From Rhina ancylostomus (taxonomy: Eukaryota): a stretch of DNA of 64,000 nucleotides. How positions within the stretch are numbered: position 1 is the first letter of the stretch; each line of letters begins with the position of its first letter. Below the pieces are notes generated by a model. The model searched no databases. It was not told where the DNA came from and was given only the letters and a program-made list of their open reading frames with translations. Shown here piece after piece: positions 53,937 through 64,000 of this stretch. The stretch is taken from contig JARFYF010000001.1 of the NCBI GenBank assembly GCA_030265395.1, positions 49,360,530 through 49,424,529 on the forward strand. The letters are read 5' to 3'. The translations under genes and the position numbers were made by a program.

Positions 53937-54018
53937 CTGATCAAAAGAAAAAGTATGGTTTCATAATTGTGTAAACTGTTATATCAAAGGTGGCTGAATG
54001 TATACAATTAAGTTTTAC

Positions 54019-54156
54019 CGTGTCAGATTGTGCAGGATTAAGCATGGTGCTGGGAGCACTGATCAGACTTAATAACTGGGCATTTCTCCATTGTTCTGCT
54101 GAAAGGTTCCGTCGAGGATAAACCATCTGGAGTGAAATTAATGCATCCGACAAAGA
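54019..54156 (-). CDS. NCKAP1: NCKAP1 exon 7 (138 nt): [46 protein letters not shown]
   Basis: ORF 53941..54363; acceptor AAG, donor GTAAAA. Confidence 0.95.
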
Positions 54157-54300
54157 CTTCAAAAGGAGAAAGATACACAGCAGTATTACTTTCAAAAGCA
54201 TTAGAAAAGTAATTGGACAGCTAAATATGAAAAAAATTTGAAGCCATAGTCTAAAAGCTGTGAAAGAAATTTCATAAAGAAATCTATGGATGTGTCTTAC

Positions 54301-54391
54301 TTTGCTGTGTGGTACAAATTCTTCCATCATCTTCTTTAATGGGTTTTCATAGTCTACAATCATCTGCCCAAGTCTTGGATACTCACGGTCA
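54301..54391 (-). CDS. NCKAP1: NCKAP1 exon 6 (91 nt): [30 protein letters not shown]
   Basis: ORF 53941..54363; acceptor TAG, donor GTAAGA. Confidence 0.95.
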
Positions 54392-55989
54392 CTATCAGGG
54401 AAAAATTACATGGGCTGTTCTCAGTAGCAAGTCAACATTAATAAGGGAGTAACATCATAACATTTCAATTACTGAATGCTTAACAATAAAGAACCATACT
54501 CATGTCACTTGTAGTTGATGACTTCTCAAATGAAGGGACTGAGAAAAATGAACAACGGCATGATGCATTGAAGATGAAGAATAAATAATATTGACAGGAT
54601 CACATGAGACAGAATGGAGAAGGCTCAGCACTCACACTGATCCATTTCAATACTTAACATTCTGGTCCAAAAGTCAAGGAACACTAGGATGGTCCTAACT
54701 CTTCAGGCATGACCAAAATCACTATTGAGCTGCCACCCAAGTGAGGCTCCACCTTGTTAATCTGATAATACTTGGATGAATCTGTGCTTTTAGACTTCAG
54801 GTGTCAGTGTTTATCAGAGCCGATGCATCTTGAATATCAATTAGTGACAAGAATTACTTGGCATCAAATGATGCCGGCAAACCTTTGAGACCAACCACTG
54901 ATGTTGAATGGTGAGGGATGCCTTGAATATTAGGGAAACTGTCAACATACAAGCCTATCTGTGCAGTTATTTGTTTTGATGCTGACACCATGCTTTATAG
55001 ATCTGAGCTAACAGCTGAGAGGAAATATTCTCAGTGCCAAATTTTTGGGAAAAACCTTTAGAAAACCCTGTCTAAACTGTTTAGCATTGCATACTGCAAA
55101 CACTAAAAGGCAATAACAATAAGGATTTACTGTCCATTGTTAAGATCACAGTCCTCAATATTTAGATAAAATTTGAGTATTAACTGTCCATAAAAATGTA
55201 AAATTTAAATTGCCCCAGCAAGNNNNNNNNNNAATTTGGGAGGAAAAGCTCCTAAATGTGGTAATCCCTAGGAAGCTCAAAACCTGACGATCTCTGCTGA
55301 GCAAAACCTCTTGATCATATTATCCAGATGTTTATACTTCTAAGCCTTCTCAATGAAGATCTTACCCAGAAACCTGTCACTGTTTTTAAATTGCACAGTG
55401 ATATCAACTTTAGCAGTGTTCCCCTTCTTAAAAATGACCGTGGGAATCCAACTTTTACCATACATGTCAAAAAACATTGGTTCTTGAGAAACACATCATC
55501 CACATTGGGTGACATAATTACATAATTATAATGCAGGAAATTTGGACTACATAAAATCTAGGCATCTCCTTGATATTAAATTTTCAAGACAGTCTAACTG
55601 CAAAATTTCTTGACAACTTTGAGATTCTCAGTCATAGCTTTGTGGACATTGCTAATTAAAGTGGCATCATCCACAAAGTCAAATTCAGCAAATGATACCT
55701 CCAAATTGTCAAAGGAGAAGACATTCCCATTTTGTTCTAATCAACATAAAATATCCATAATACAATTAAATAAAAAAAGGTGAAAATGGATCACCCTGCT
55801 TTCATCCTTTTTAATTAAAATGGGAGCAAACATTGGCCCTACCTTCAATAAAAGCAGATGGGTCTAAAAATAACTTCATAAAATTTTTGCTAATCCCCCA
55901 TCAACACAATGCCTTACTGATCATTTTTGTCTGATCAAGTCAAAGACTTTAGCCAAAATGATATAAACTGCAATGTTCTTACAGTGAAA

Positions 55990-56820
55990 ATTAAACTGCT
56001 GGAAGAACTCTGTGGGTTAAGCAGCATCTGTGGGGGCAAAGGGATAGTTGATGTTTTGCATCAAGACCCTGCATTAAGGCAGAATGCAGAGGGAAGACAG
56101 CCAGTACAAAGAGATGATGGGGAGAGGTGAGACAGAGGCTGGTTGGCAGTTGGTGGAACCAGATTTTTTTTTTGGGGGGGGAGGCATGGAAGGAGGGGAG
56201 ATGATAGGTAGGTGGAAGCAGATGGAGGAAGGGGCTAGGAAAAGTGAGCCAACAGAGGAGAAACCCAGGTAGATTGGTATGTGAGTGATGAGCAGATAGA
56301 ACCAGGTAGGGGAGGGAGGGGGGAATGGAATAGATGAACAAAAGGGAGAGAGAACCCGTGTGGACTAGTGGGAGTGGAAAAAGAACACAGGGGAGTGGGT
56401 TACCTAAAACTGGAAATTTCAAATGTTCATGCCATTGGGTTGTAGGCTATGCAAGTGGAATATGTGGCACTGTTCTGGTTTGTATTTGGCCTCACCTTGG
56501 CAGTGGAGAAGGCAGAGGACTGGCAGGTCAGTGTAGGAATGGGGAGGGGAGCTGAAATGTCATGTGTCCGTAAGTTCAAGATGGCCATTGCAGACAGAGT
56601 ACAGGTGCTCTGCAAAATGGTTGCCAAGTCTATGCTTGGTCTTGCCAGCGTAGCAGAAGCCACACTGCGAGCACTGAATGCAATAGATCAGGTTGGAGGT
56701 GGTACACATGAATCTCTGCTTCACCTGGAAGGGCTATTTAGGTCACTCGATTGTGGTGAGGGAGGAAGTGAAGGGACAAGTGTTACATCTACAATGGATG
56801 CAGGGGAAAGTACCAGAAGA
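55990..56820 (-). mobile_element. Penelope-like element 3' part with GIY-YIG endonuclease remnant
   Basis: Reverse translation near 56605-56730 gives FQVKQRFMCTTSNLIYCIQCSQCGFCYAGKTKHRLGNHFAEH; SLQPNGMNI remnant near 56420-56450; terminal repeat at 55995-56080. Confidence 0.8.
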
Positions 56821-59305
56821 TAGGGAGTTTGAACTCATCACACCCACCCCTCCACATGGCACCTATCGCCTTACCTATACTTTTAATCAACCAAGACCCT
56901 TGTATTATATGCAAAGCAAGGGACGGGTGGGGGAGGAAGATGATGCGGGGTAGGAGGTGGTTAAATTTTGCAATGTCTGCATTACTATTGCTTACAGCAA
57001 ATTTTCTATTATAATGCTTCTCCAATTTGCTGGTACCTGAAAGGCATTCGATACTGGCCTGACTGCCCATGAGCTGTCTGCCCATTGCCTTCTTATTTTC
57101 TTTAAACTACCTTTGTGTCCCAAGATATTGGCTTATTCAGATTCAATGGCTGTTGGTTAACTAGACAGATCCACAGAGGGTCAACACCATGAGTGACCTG
57201 TGCCTCTTAAACCTAGTCTGTAATCTAAAATGGAAATGCCATGTAGAGACACTGGGTCACAATGTGCGGTTTGCATTAGTATTAAATGTGTGAGAATTTC
57301 AAGACCACACAAAAGTCACTTGCTGATTTGAAATTGTTGCCACCTTGCACTGTTCCTCAGCTTGTGGACACCACTAGTTATTCAGCCATAACATTGACGA
57401 CACCCAAAAACACTGCAGGACCGTTAATGCCAAGCTTCATTCTCTTGAAGAAAAAGATGGTGCACAAAGTCAGCAAGGGTTAACCAGTGGGAACAGGCAC
57501 AACTGGATGTCATAACCACCATGTTGGACTATTCTGACCTACGCTAGAACACCATTTGCTAAGGTTCAATAGTAACATGGGGAATTATATCCTCAATGGC
57601 AAACAGTACATTTTCTCCACCTGCTGGTATCTATCTACCTGAGAATAGGAGAACACTAGTAACTGTCCTCCTGGAATGGTATACAGCAACTTGAAATACC
57701 GCATACATCTCCAGGTCCAAACAGAAGGAAAGCAACATTTTTAAAAAATGTAGTCCCTGTCTCTGATCTGATGTTAATGCTATTTTAATGTTATTGTGGC
57801 TAGGTTAGATGGCAAGTTTCACATGGAACCTCCATACTGATGCACATAAATCACATATTTCCTTGCCAAGGTTCATTGCCTGATCTCTTCTATTAGCTGG
57901 TCACATTCTGTGTCCTCTGCTCATTCTCTCAGGTATGCTATATTGCATGCTGAATGCTTGCTAATGCTTCCCAACTTGGAAGAAAATGCTTTGAGCAGAA
58001 GCCCAGTTAACAGAACTTCATAATATGCTGCACTACTTCATGCAGACTCCCAAGATGCGCATCTATAGAATGTTCCAAACACATGTGGATTTGCAGCAAC
58101 AACAAAAAATAAACTCACAATTAAGTTGCAGATGATCCTTTTAAATAATGCTGATGGGTTCCCTTCCTGCTGTTGAACAAGTATTCGACTCTGCACGTTT
58201 AAAAGCATTGATCTCAAACTGCAATGCTGGTATCAAATCAGCAGTGCATTCTGAATGGATGCCTCCTCTGCATTCTTCTGATGGGTATTCAATGCACTCA
58301 TGCCTGTACCGTGACAAGGCAGGATAACATGTCAGCACAACACCGTGGCCGAAGGGCCTGTACTGTGTTGTAATGTTCGACGTTCTATGGCAGCACAGGA
58401 TCTGCAAGTGCCATTCCGGAAGATAGACAGCACTTGTCGTCAAATAACACTGCAACCATTCTGAATTTCATTCACACTGTGGAACTGGTGGAATGATCAT
58501 GTTTAAAATGGGCTAAACAATTTGTGCAATAGGGGACTTGCATCTTGCTGAACAAGTTCTCAATTATATTTAAGGTTATGCAGCAGTGGGTAGATAATGC
58601 CTAAGCAAAGAACAATGTCAATGCAGAACCTGACAATTTCACATTTGGGCCCAATCCATTTAATTTAAAGGAACAAATGAGAATATAATCTAATTTTTGA
58701 CATTATAATATAAACTAAATTGGAATTATCACCAACAGAATCAAGACTAAGGCAGCAATTCTCATAACAACACAATTGCAAGTGTATGCAGGACTTCTGA
58801 TTAATACGCTCAGCTTCCACAAACTACTATCATCTGCAATTACTTTGTACAGATCATGAAACTTATTTTAAGTTGCTCAAATCAAGCTCCGCAAAGTTAT
58901 TGATCTGCACAAACATTTCATAAAAAATCATGCTCTGATAGGAATGTCAAGTTTCAGCATAACTAAGACATACCCTGCTTATATTTTAGTTTCAGAAATT
59001 ATTTTCCTCCCATCAAATGCTTGCATCGTAAGCAGTGAGCTTTCAAAGCTTTCAAGGTATAAAATTATGGAATATAATACAAGTATGACAAAAATCAACA
59101 TTCAAAATGCCATTAGTCAATATTAACCCCTCAAATAATCATTCAAATGATCATTTTAAATTCAATTCAATGCAGATCAGTAATTGAAACTCTTAATATT
59201 ATTCTTATCAAGTTATCAGTCACAATACCCATTTTCCCCCAATCACTAATATACAAACCACACCAATATTAGATGCATGGATTCTAAATACAGATTAACA
59301 CTCAC

Positions 59306-59448
59306 CTTGCTCCATGCAACATTTCATGTGCATAATTGTAGAGTCCCACTATTGCTTTCCGCTCTTCAATTCGGGATACCATTATCATTAGTGTCGTATA
59401 AGTTACGACCAAGTCCAGATAATTTTTGGTTAAATCAAAATTGACAGT
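59306..59448 (-). CDS. NCKAP1: NCKAP1 exon 5 (143 nt): [47 protein letters not shown](S)
   Basis: Manual translation; acceptor CAG, donor GTGAGT. Confidence 0.95.
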
Positions 59449-59541
59449 CTGGAGTTAGAGGAAAAAAATTGTAAGAAATCAATAGAAGTATTGTAGATTG
59501 TGTATCCACTTAAAAATCATTAAACTTCTGAAGATACTTAC

Positions 59542-59598
59542 AATATCAAAGAAAACTTGACAAGCATCTATAGTGTTCAGCAATTCACTGACATGATC
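59542..59598 (-). CDS. NCKAP1: NCKAP1 exon 4 (57 nt): DHVSELLNTIDACQVFFDI
   Basis: Manual translation; acceptor TAG, donor GTAAGT; phase 0/0. Confidence 0.95.
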
Positions 59599-60827
59599 CT
59601 ACAGAGGAAACAAAGCACACATTTAAACATTTTAAGTATTATCATAAATAAAGAAAACCAACAGGTAAAATTGGAAAAGCACATGAATGTTTTATTTGTT
59701 GTACAATAAGAGGATATGACAGAGGAAGCTGCCAAATGATCCCATCTCAGAAAATAAAGGAATACAATGCAGGAATACAAAATTGTCACCATATGCCTAG
59801 AATACTTCAAAATACTTGTTCAGTCAGAAGTAACCACTGGGATGCAGACAGAAAGACAGAAAATGCAACAGCAACGAAATAGAGCTAAAGAAGTGGTTTA
59901 ATACACAGGGAGGGAGCAAATGGGGCTCAAGGAGGAGGAAATAAAAAACCATAAAAATGCAAGATTATTAGCAGGACATAGGTTAAAGAGTTTACCATTA
60001 CCGGACTGATTCTTTTCTAACTAGCACTAGCCAAATGTACAAATATAAACTTTTAGATCTAGAAAAAACAGTATATAGAATAATTGGAGCTTTCCAGGCA
60101 AATATTTTCAAATAGCCTCATCCCCAAATAGTGTGCCCCATTTCTCTCTTTAGAACACGACAAGCATGAGTTGAATGGGACAAATGCACAGGTTTTGGCN
60201 NNNNNNNNNATGGTAATATAGAGTGGAAATTAGATTGACAGGAACTATTGGAGAATTAAATATCAGGAGAGAAAAATTAGTGAGCCTTACTCAAATTTGC
60301 TCTATGTTAATGTAATTTGTACTTGTCCTATCCTTTTGCAATTCCAATTCTTAAAACATAAAATCTTTGATCTTGATATAAATGTAAAGAGGACAGCATA
60401 TCATTTAAACACCAAGATCATCTCTACTCATTGAACAAAATACCCAAAAGATGGAGATTAAGTAGGTCCTCCTACAATCTAGTTAGATAAGCTTCATATC
60501 CATCCATTTTTAAACACCCAAATTAACCATTGGTGGAGGTATTAATTTTATATGTAACCATGTATACACAAGGTTCACAGCTGGGTTGTAATAACTTAAA
60601 GTTTGGAAGGATTTTATATACCAAAATTTAAATTATTCTGCACTTTTACTGGATCAGCACTAATTTCTCTACTCTAGAGTGCTACAGCTCCTCACTCATT
60701 CAGTATATTCAAGATTAAGAATTAATCCAGAAAAAGAAATGGAATGGAGTTGCTCTGTAGGTTTGGCTAGGATATTGAATAGCAGAACAGGCTTCAGATA
60801 CCATATCAGCTTGCTCCATGTCCTTAC

Positions 60828-60920
60828 CTTAAACTCCATGACATCAACAAATGTGAAATAATAAAGTGCCAGATTCTTCAGAATTTCTTGCTTTTCCTTA
60901 TGCAGCTGTGACAACTGTTG
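60828..60920 (-). CDS. NCKAP1: NCKAP1 exon 3 (93 nt): [31 protein letters not shown]
   Basis: Acceptor TAG (AG at 60921-60922), donor GTAAGG; translation in ORF 60696..60914. Confidence 0.95.
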
Positions 60921-62346
60921 CTAAAAAGGAGAGAAAAATACTTTTAGTAGATAGCTAAAATTCAAATTGTTAAATTCAATCCTGATTTTGAGACACCCAA
61001 TAATGTACAATTATCTGGCACTGTTACACACAAACTACCAGCAGCTGGTTGGAGTGAAATTAGACCCACCTATGCCACCATGTCTGATTCACAAGCATCC
61101 AAAAGCTATTCAATGTGTTAACATTAGTGAAACAATAACAGAAGGTATTTATTTGCTCACATCAAAAGCATTAAAGTTTTAAAAAAAGGTTATCTTGGAT
61201 TTTAAAATATTTGCAATTCACTGTCTGCAGCAACCCCATAATCAGAGATTTAAGGTGCTTTCAAGCCACCTATGAATACATCAATTCAATAGTTTAATTC
61301 CTGTCACATACTGTCAGTGTTGCATCTTTTCAAATCTGAACTTGCATCAGATTGATGCAAATAAAATCACAGTACCATGGAAGTAAATCAATGATCTTGG
61401 CTTAATTGATGCTATGGATTTGGATATCCCTCTTTCTTGGCAGAAGCATAACTATATCCAGCACAGAAACTAACTTAGGAGTTTACACTGGTAGCTTCAT
61501 GATATATTTTTCTTTAAAAAAAAGTCAAATTAGATTTTTGTGTACATTTTACAGACAAACAGCCAAGTTTAAGAAGTCACATGTCAAAAGACAAGCCTTG
61601 CTTAATGCCTTTAATAAGAATCAAAGTGCATTTACTCAAAATGTGCTCAGACCAGCCAACTTTGTAACACCACACTCTAAGGTATCTACTATACAAATAA
61701 CACAAGGAGAAATTCAGCAGAACGAATTAAACACCATCTTTCAATTTACTGGTTTTAAGAGGAGCTTCCTTGGGGAGACAAAGAATAAGAATTCAGACAC
61801 AAGCATAATTGTTTACCTACAGGATCTTACACATTTCTGGAGGTACAACATTCAGTCAAACTTCAGTAAATTTAAATCCAATACGAGAAATATTCCAACA
61901 TTGTTGAAATTATTCTAACTAGATAGAATCTCCATTCAGCAACAATCTAAACCAAAGTGCAAATTAAAAATAACATTTTGATTTGCTTCATGTAAAATAA
62001 CAGAACCCAAAATTAAAAGATGGTTAAGTGTTCTGATAATCTCTGCTGCACCAATTCAACAAAGCATCCGTTTCAAAATGTTAGGCATTGTAATTCATCA
62101 GAAAGTTATATCACCTGAAGCATTCATTTGTAGCTAAGTCTGAAACTTTTGTTCAGGTTGCTAAGGCCATTGAGGAAAGGTAAATTAAGCATGGTTTTAC
62201 TTCCAGAGGAATAGAATTGAAAGGTAAAAAGTTTAAGTCAAATCTGTATGGAACTTGCTTAGGTCAAATAAATTCTATCTAGAATATAATGTTGGTTTTG
62301 AGATCACTTCCAAACTAAATAACAAACAAGGCTAGGTTTGTAATTT

Positions 62347-62595
62347 AAATTTTAAAAAAATTTTATTTACAGCGTGATAACAGGCCCTTCTGGCCCAATG
62401 AGTCCACGTCGCCTATTTTAAACCCCAAATTAACCTACCCATACGTCTTTTTTTAAAGAATGCGGGATGAAACCAGAGCACCCGGAGGAAACCCACGCAG
62501 ACACAGGAGAACGCACAAACTCCTCACAGACAGCAATGGGAATTGAACCCCAATCGCTGGTGCTGTAATAGCGTTGCGCTAACCGCTATGCTACG
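62347..62595 (-). mobile_element. Young V-SINE with CR1-type tail and 8-bp target-site duplication
   Basis: Reverse complement of the 13652 subfamily; TGTAATTT at 62339-62346 and 62596-62603. Confidence 0.9.
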
Positions 62596-62809
62596 TGTAA
62601 TTTTTGTTCACCGAGCCTGGTATATCAGCTGAAATGAGATGCAGTAAATTAGAGGGAAACAAGTTCCTAAAAATCCATACTTAACACCTTTCTAACCCAG
62701 TATGTACACGGACCAATCAGGCATTATTCAAGGAATTTAAAATAATCTACAGCCAGATAAAGGACTGATGGGAATAGGGCCTCTTCGGTGACAAAAAGAA
62801 TAATGCAAG

Positions 62810-64000
62810 GGGTTTAATTAATTTACCCAGATTTCCCAAAAGCCTTCAATAAATTGCCATAAAGATTAAGAATAAAGTTAAAAAAGTTCATTGAGTCAGG
62901 GGACATAACTAATTAATACCAAAATATGCTGTAGATTAAAGGGTAGCAATTCAAATTTGCATACAGTCAAAGAGTAGTCCCACGCAGATCAGTGCTGGGA
63001 TCAATGCTCCTCAACTTATATTTAGGCATGGAATAAAAACAAAAACAAAACTTCTGGATCCATAAATGGCAACAAGTTATAAGGGCAAAGGTCAGTGGAG
63101 GAAGACTGCATCTCTCTTTTTCATATAAGTACAGGATACGGTCAAACGGTTGTTAAATATTAATGTGATTTTAGACCCCCAGCAATGACATTAGGCCAGA
63201 TCAGGTTTTGATGGCATATTTAACAAGCTAAAAAGGGTGTTAGTGAATCAGCTGGGTTTTGCAACTCCATTGGTTGCAACATCAACTCTAATGATTAACT
63301 TCTTGTTTCAGATTTAATCAATTGAATTTAAATTCCCCATCTTACTTATGTATCTGGATCAGGCAAGTTTTCATGACTAATCTAAAAACAATAATAATAT
63401 TGTTCTCATTCCCAAATTATAGGGCATTAATAACCCCGGGTATGTAATTGGCTTGAGCTTCAACGTTGGTAACTGATGTATAACAATCAAGAAAAATTAG
63501 ATTGAGTAAGAATCCAAATGCAGTGGATAACAAAGGGATCTTATTATACAGAAATATAAGCCATGGATTGCCTTTTCCTTATGGCCTTATCAAACTAAGC
63601 AATAGGTTTAAATTCCAGAGGAATACTGTTGAAAAATAGAAAGCTTATAATAAGCCCTTATGGAACTCCATTAGATCACACATATGGTGTATAATTCTGG
63701 TCATGGAACCTAGAAAGGACAAAGATGTCGAGTGGAAGAAAAGACTTACAAGAATGGCACACAACTGTGATGTTTTAGCTGATGGGAAAGGATGAACAGG
63801 TTGAACTTTTTGCATTTCAAAGAGGGATAACCCATCAGAGAGCTTGAAAATTATGAAAGATTTCACAAGCGTAGTACTACTCTCTATGTGTGAGGGCAAG
63901 AACACAATGCAAGGCCATCCATGTAATATTCAACAAGCAAAGTAAGTGAACAATTTTAAAGATACTTCAGCCAGTGACCGATGGGAATGTGGAACGATAC
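62810..64000 (+). mobile_element. Degraded CR1 LINE fragments, interrupted
   Basis: gatttcccaaaagccttcaataaattgcca (DFQKAFDKVPH-like), gtcccacgcagatcagtgctggga (VPQGSVLG-like), C-terminal remnants at 63640-64000. Confidence 0.5.

Larger units (their letters stand above)
17933..60209. other. Assembly gaps (N runs): 17933-18032, 23959-24164, 36476-36480, 39140-39239, 42693-42792, 44521-44620, 45904-45943, 49845-50000, 50978-51077, 53329-53428, 55223-55232, 60200-60209
   Basis: Directly visible; many are placeholder 100-N gaps next to repeats or poly-G. None removes an NCKAP1 exon. Confidence 0.98.
1983..60920 (-). other. NCKAP1: NCKAP1 gene span (partial: coding exons 3-25; 5' and 3' ends outside window)
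   Basis: 23 exons with GT-AG boundaries and compatible phases splice to 854 codons, near-identical to vertebrate NCKAP1 as recalled ([21 protein letters not shown]...[12 protein letters not shown]). Diagnostic segments such as [22 protein letters not shown] match NCKAP1 rather than NCKAP1L/HEM1. Confidence 0.97.

Noticed and set aside
1983-60920. Assignment as NCKAP1L/HEM1 or as a pseudogene
   Set aside because: Diagnostic segments match NCKAP1, all 23 exons have intact splice sites, and the frame is continuous.
61406-61918. Longest ORF in the track (170 aa, + strand)
   Set aside because: No recognisable domain, composition typical of AT-rich intron, non-ATG start; likely chance.
1-64000. 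A novel multi-gene or prokaryote-type system (operon, CRISPR array, defence island)
   Set aside because: The window is fully explained as introns and exons of one vertebrate gene plus transposon debris; no regular repeat-spacer array or independent long ORF was seen.
2440-64000. Orientation bias of LINE insertions relative to NCKAP1
   Set aside because: CR1 and Rex1-like fragments occur on both strands in similar numbers; no bias is evident in this small sample.

Overview
Eukaryotic genomic DNA, AT-rich, from a draft assembly with 12 N-gaps. It is vertebrate, and the repeat content points to a cartilaginous fish, probably a batoid (inference). The whole window lies inside one gene on the minus strand: NCKAP1 (Nap1/Hem-2, WAVE regulatory complex subunit). 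I mapped 23 consecutive GT-AG coding exons (human exons 3-25, numbering from memory) between 60920 and 1983. They total 2562 nt (854 codons) in one uninterrupted frame; the start and end of the gene lie outside the window. The introns carry tRNA-derived V-SINEs, CR1, Rex1/Babar-, RTE- and L2-like LINE fragments, Penelope elements (RT and GIY-YIG remnants) and one IR/DR-type Tc1/mariner transposon with a dead transposase. Apart from ORFs overlapping NCKAP1 exons or transposon remnants, the ORF-track entries look spurious. I found no convincing novel multi-gene system. The best leads are modest: a stop-free in-frame hydrophobic intron, a GC-rich island holding an AT-to-GC-shifted SINE, V-SINEs with swapped LINE tails, asymmetric loss of the Tc1 poly(A) signal, and a diverged ~105-bp direct repeat. 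Repeat boundaries are approximate and family names come from recognition, not a database search.
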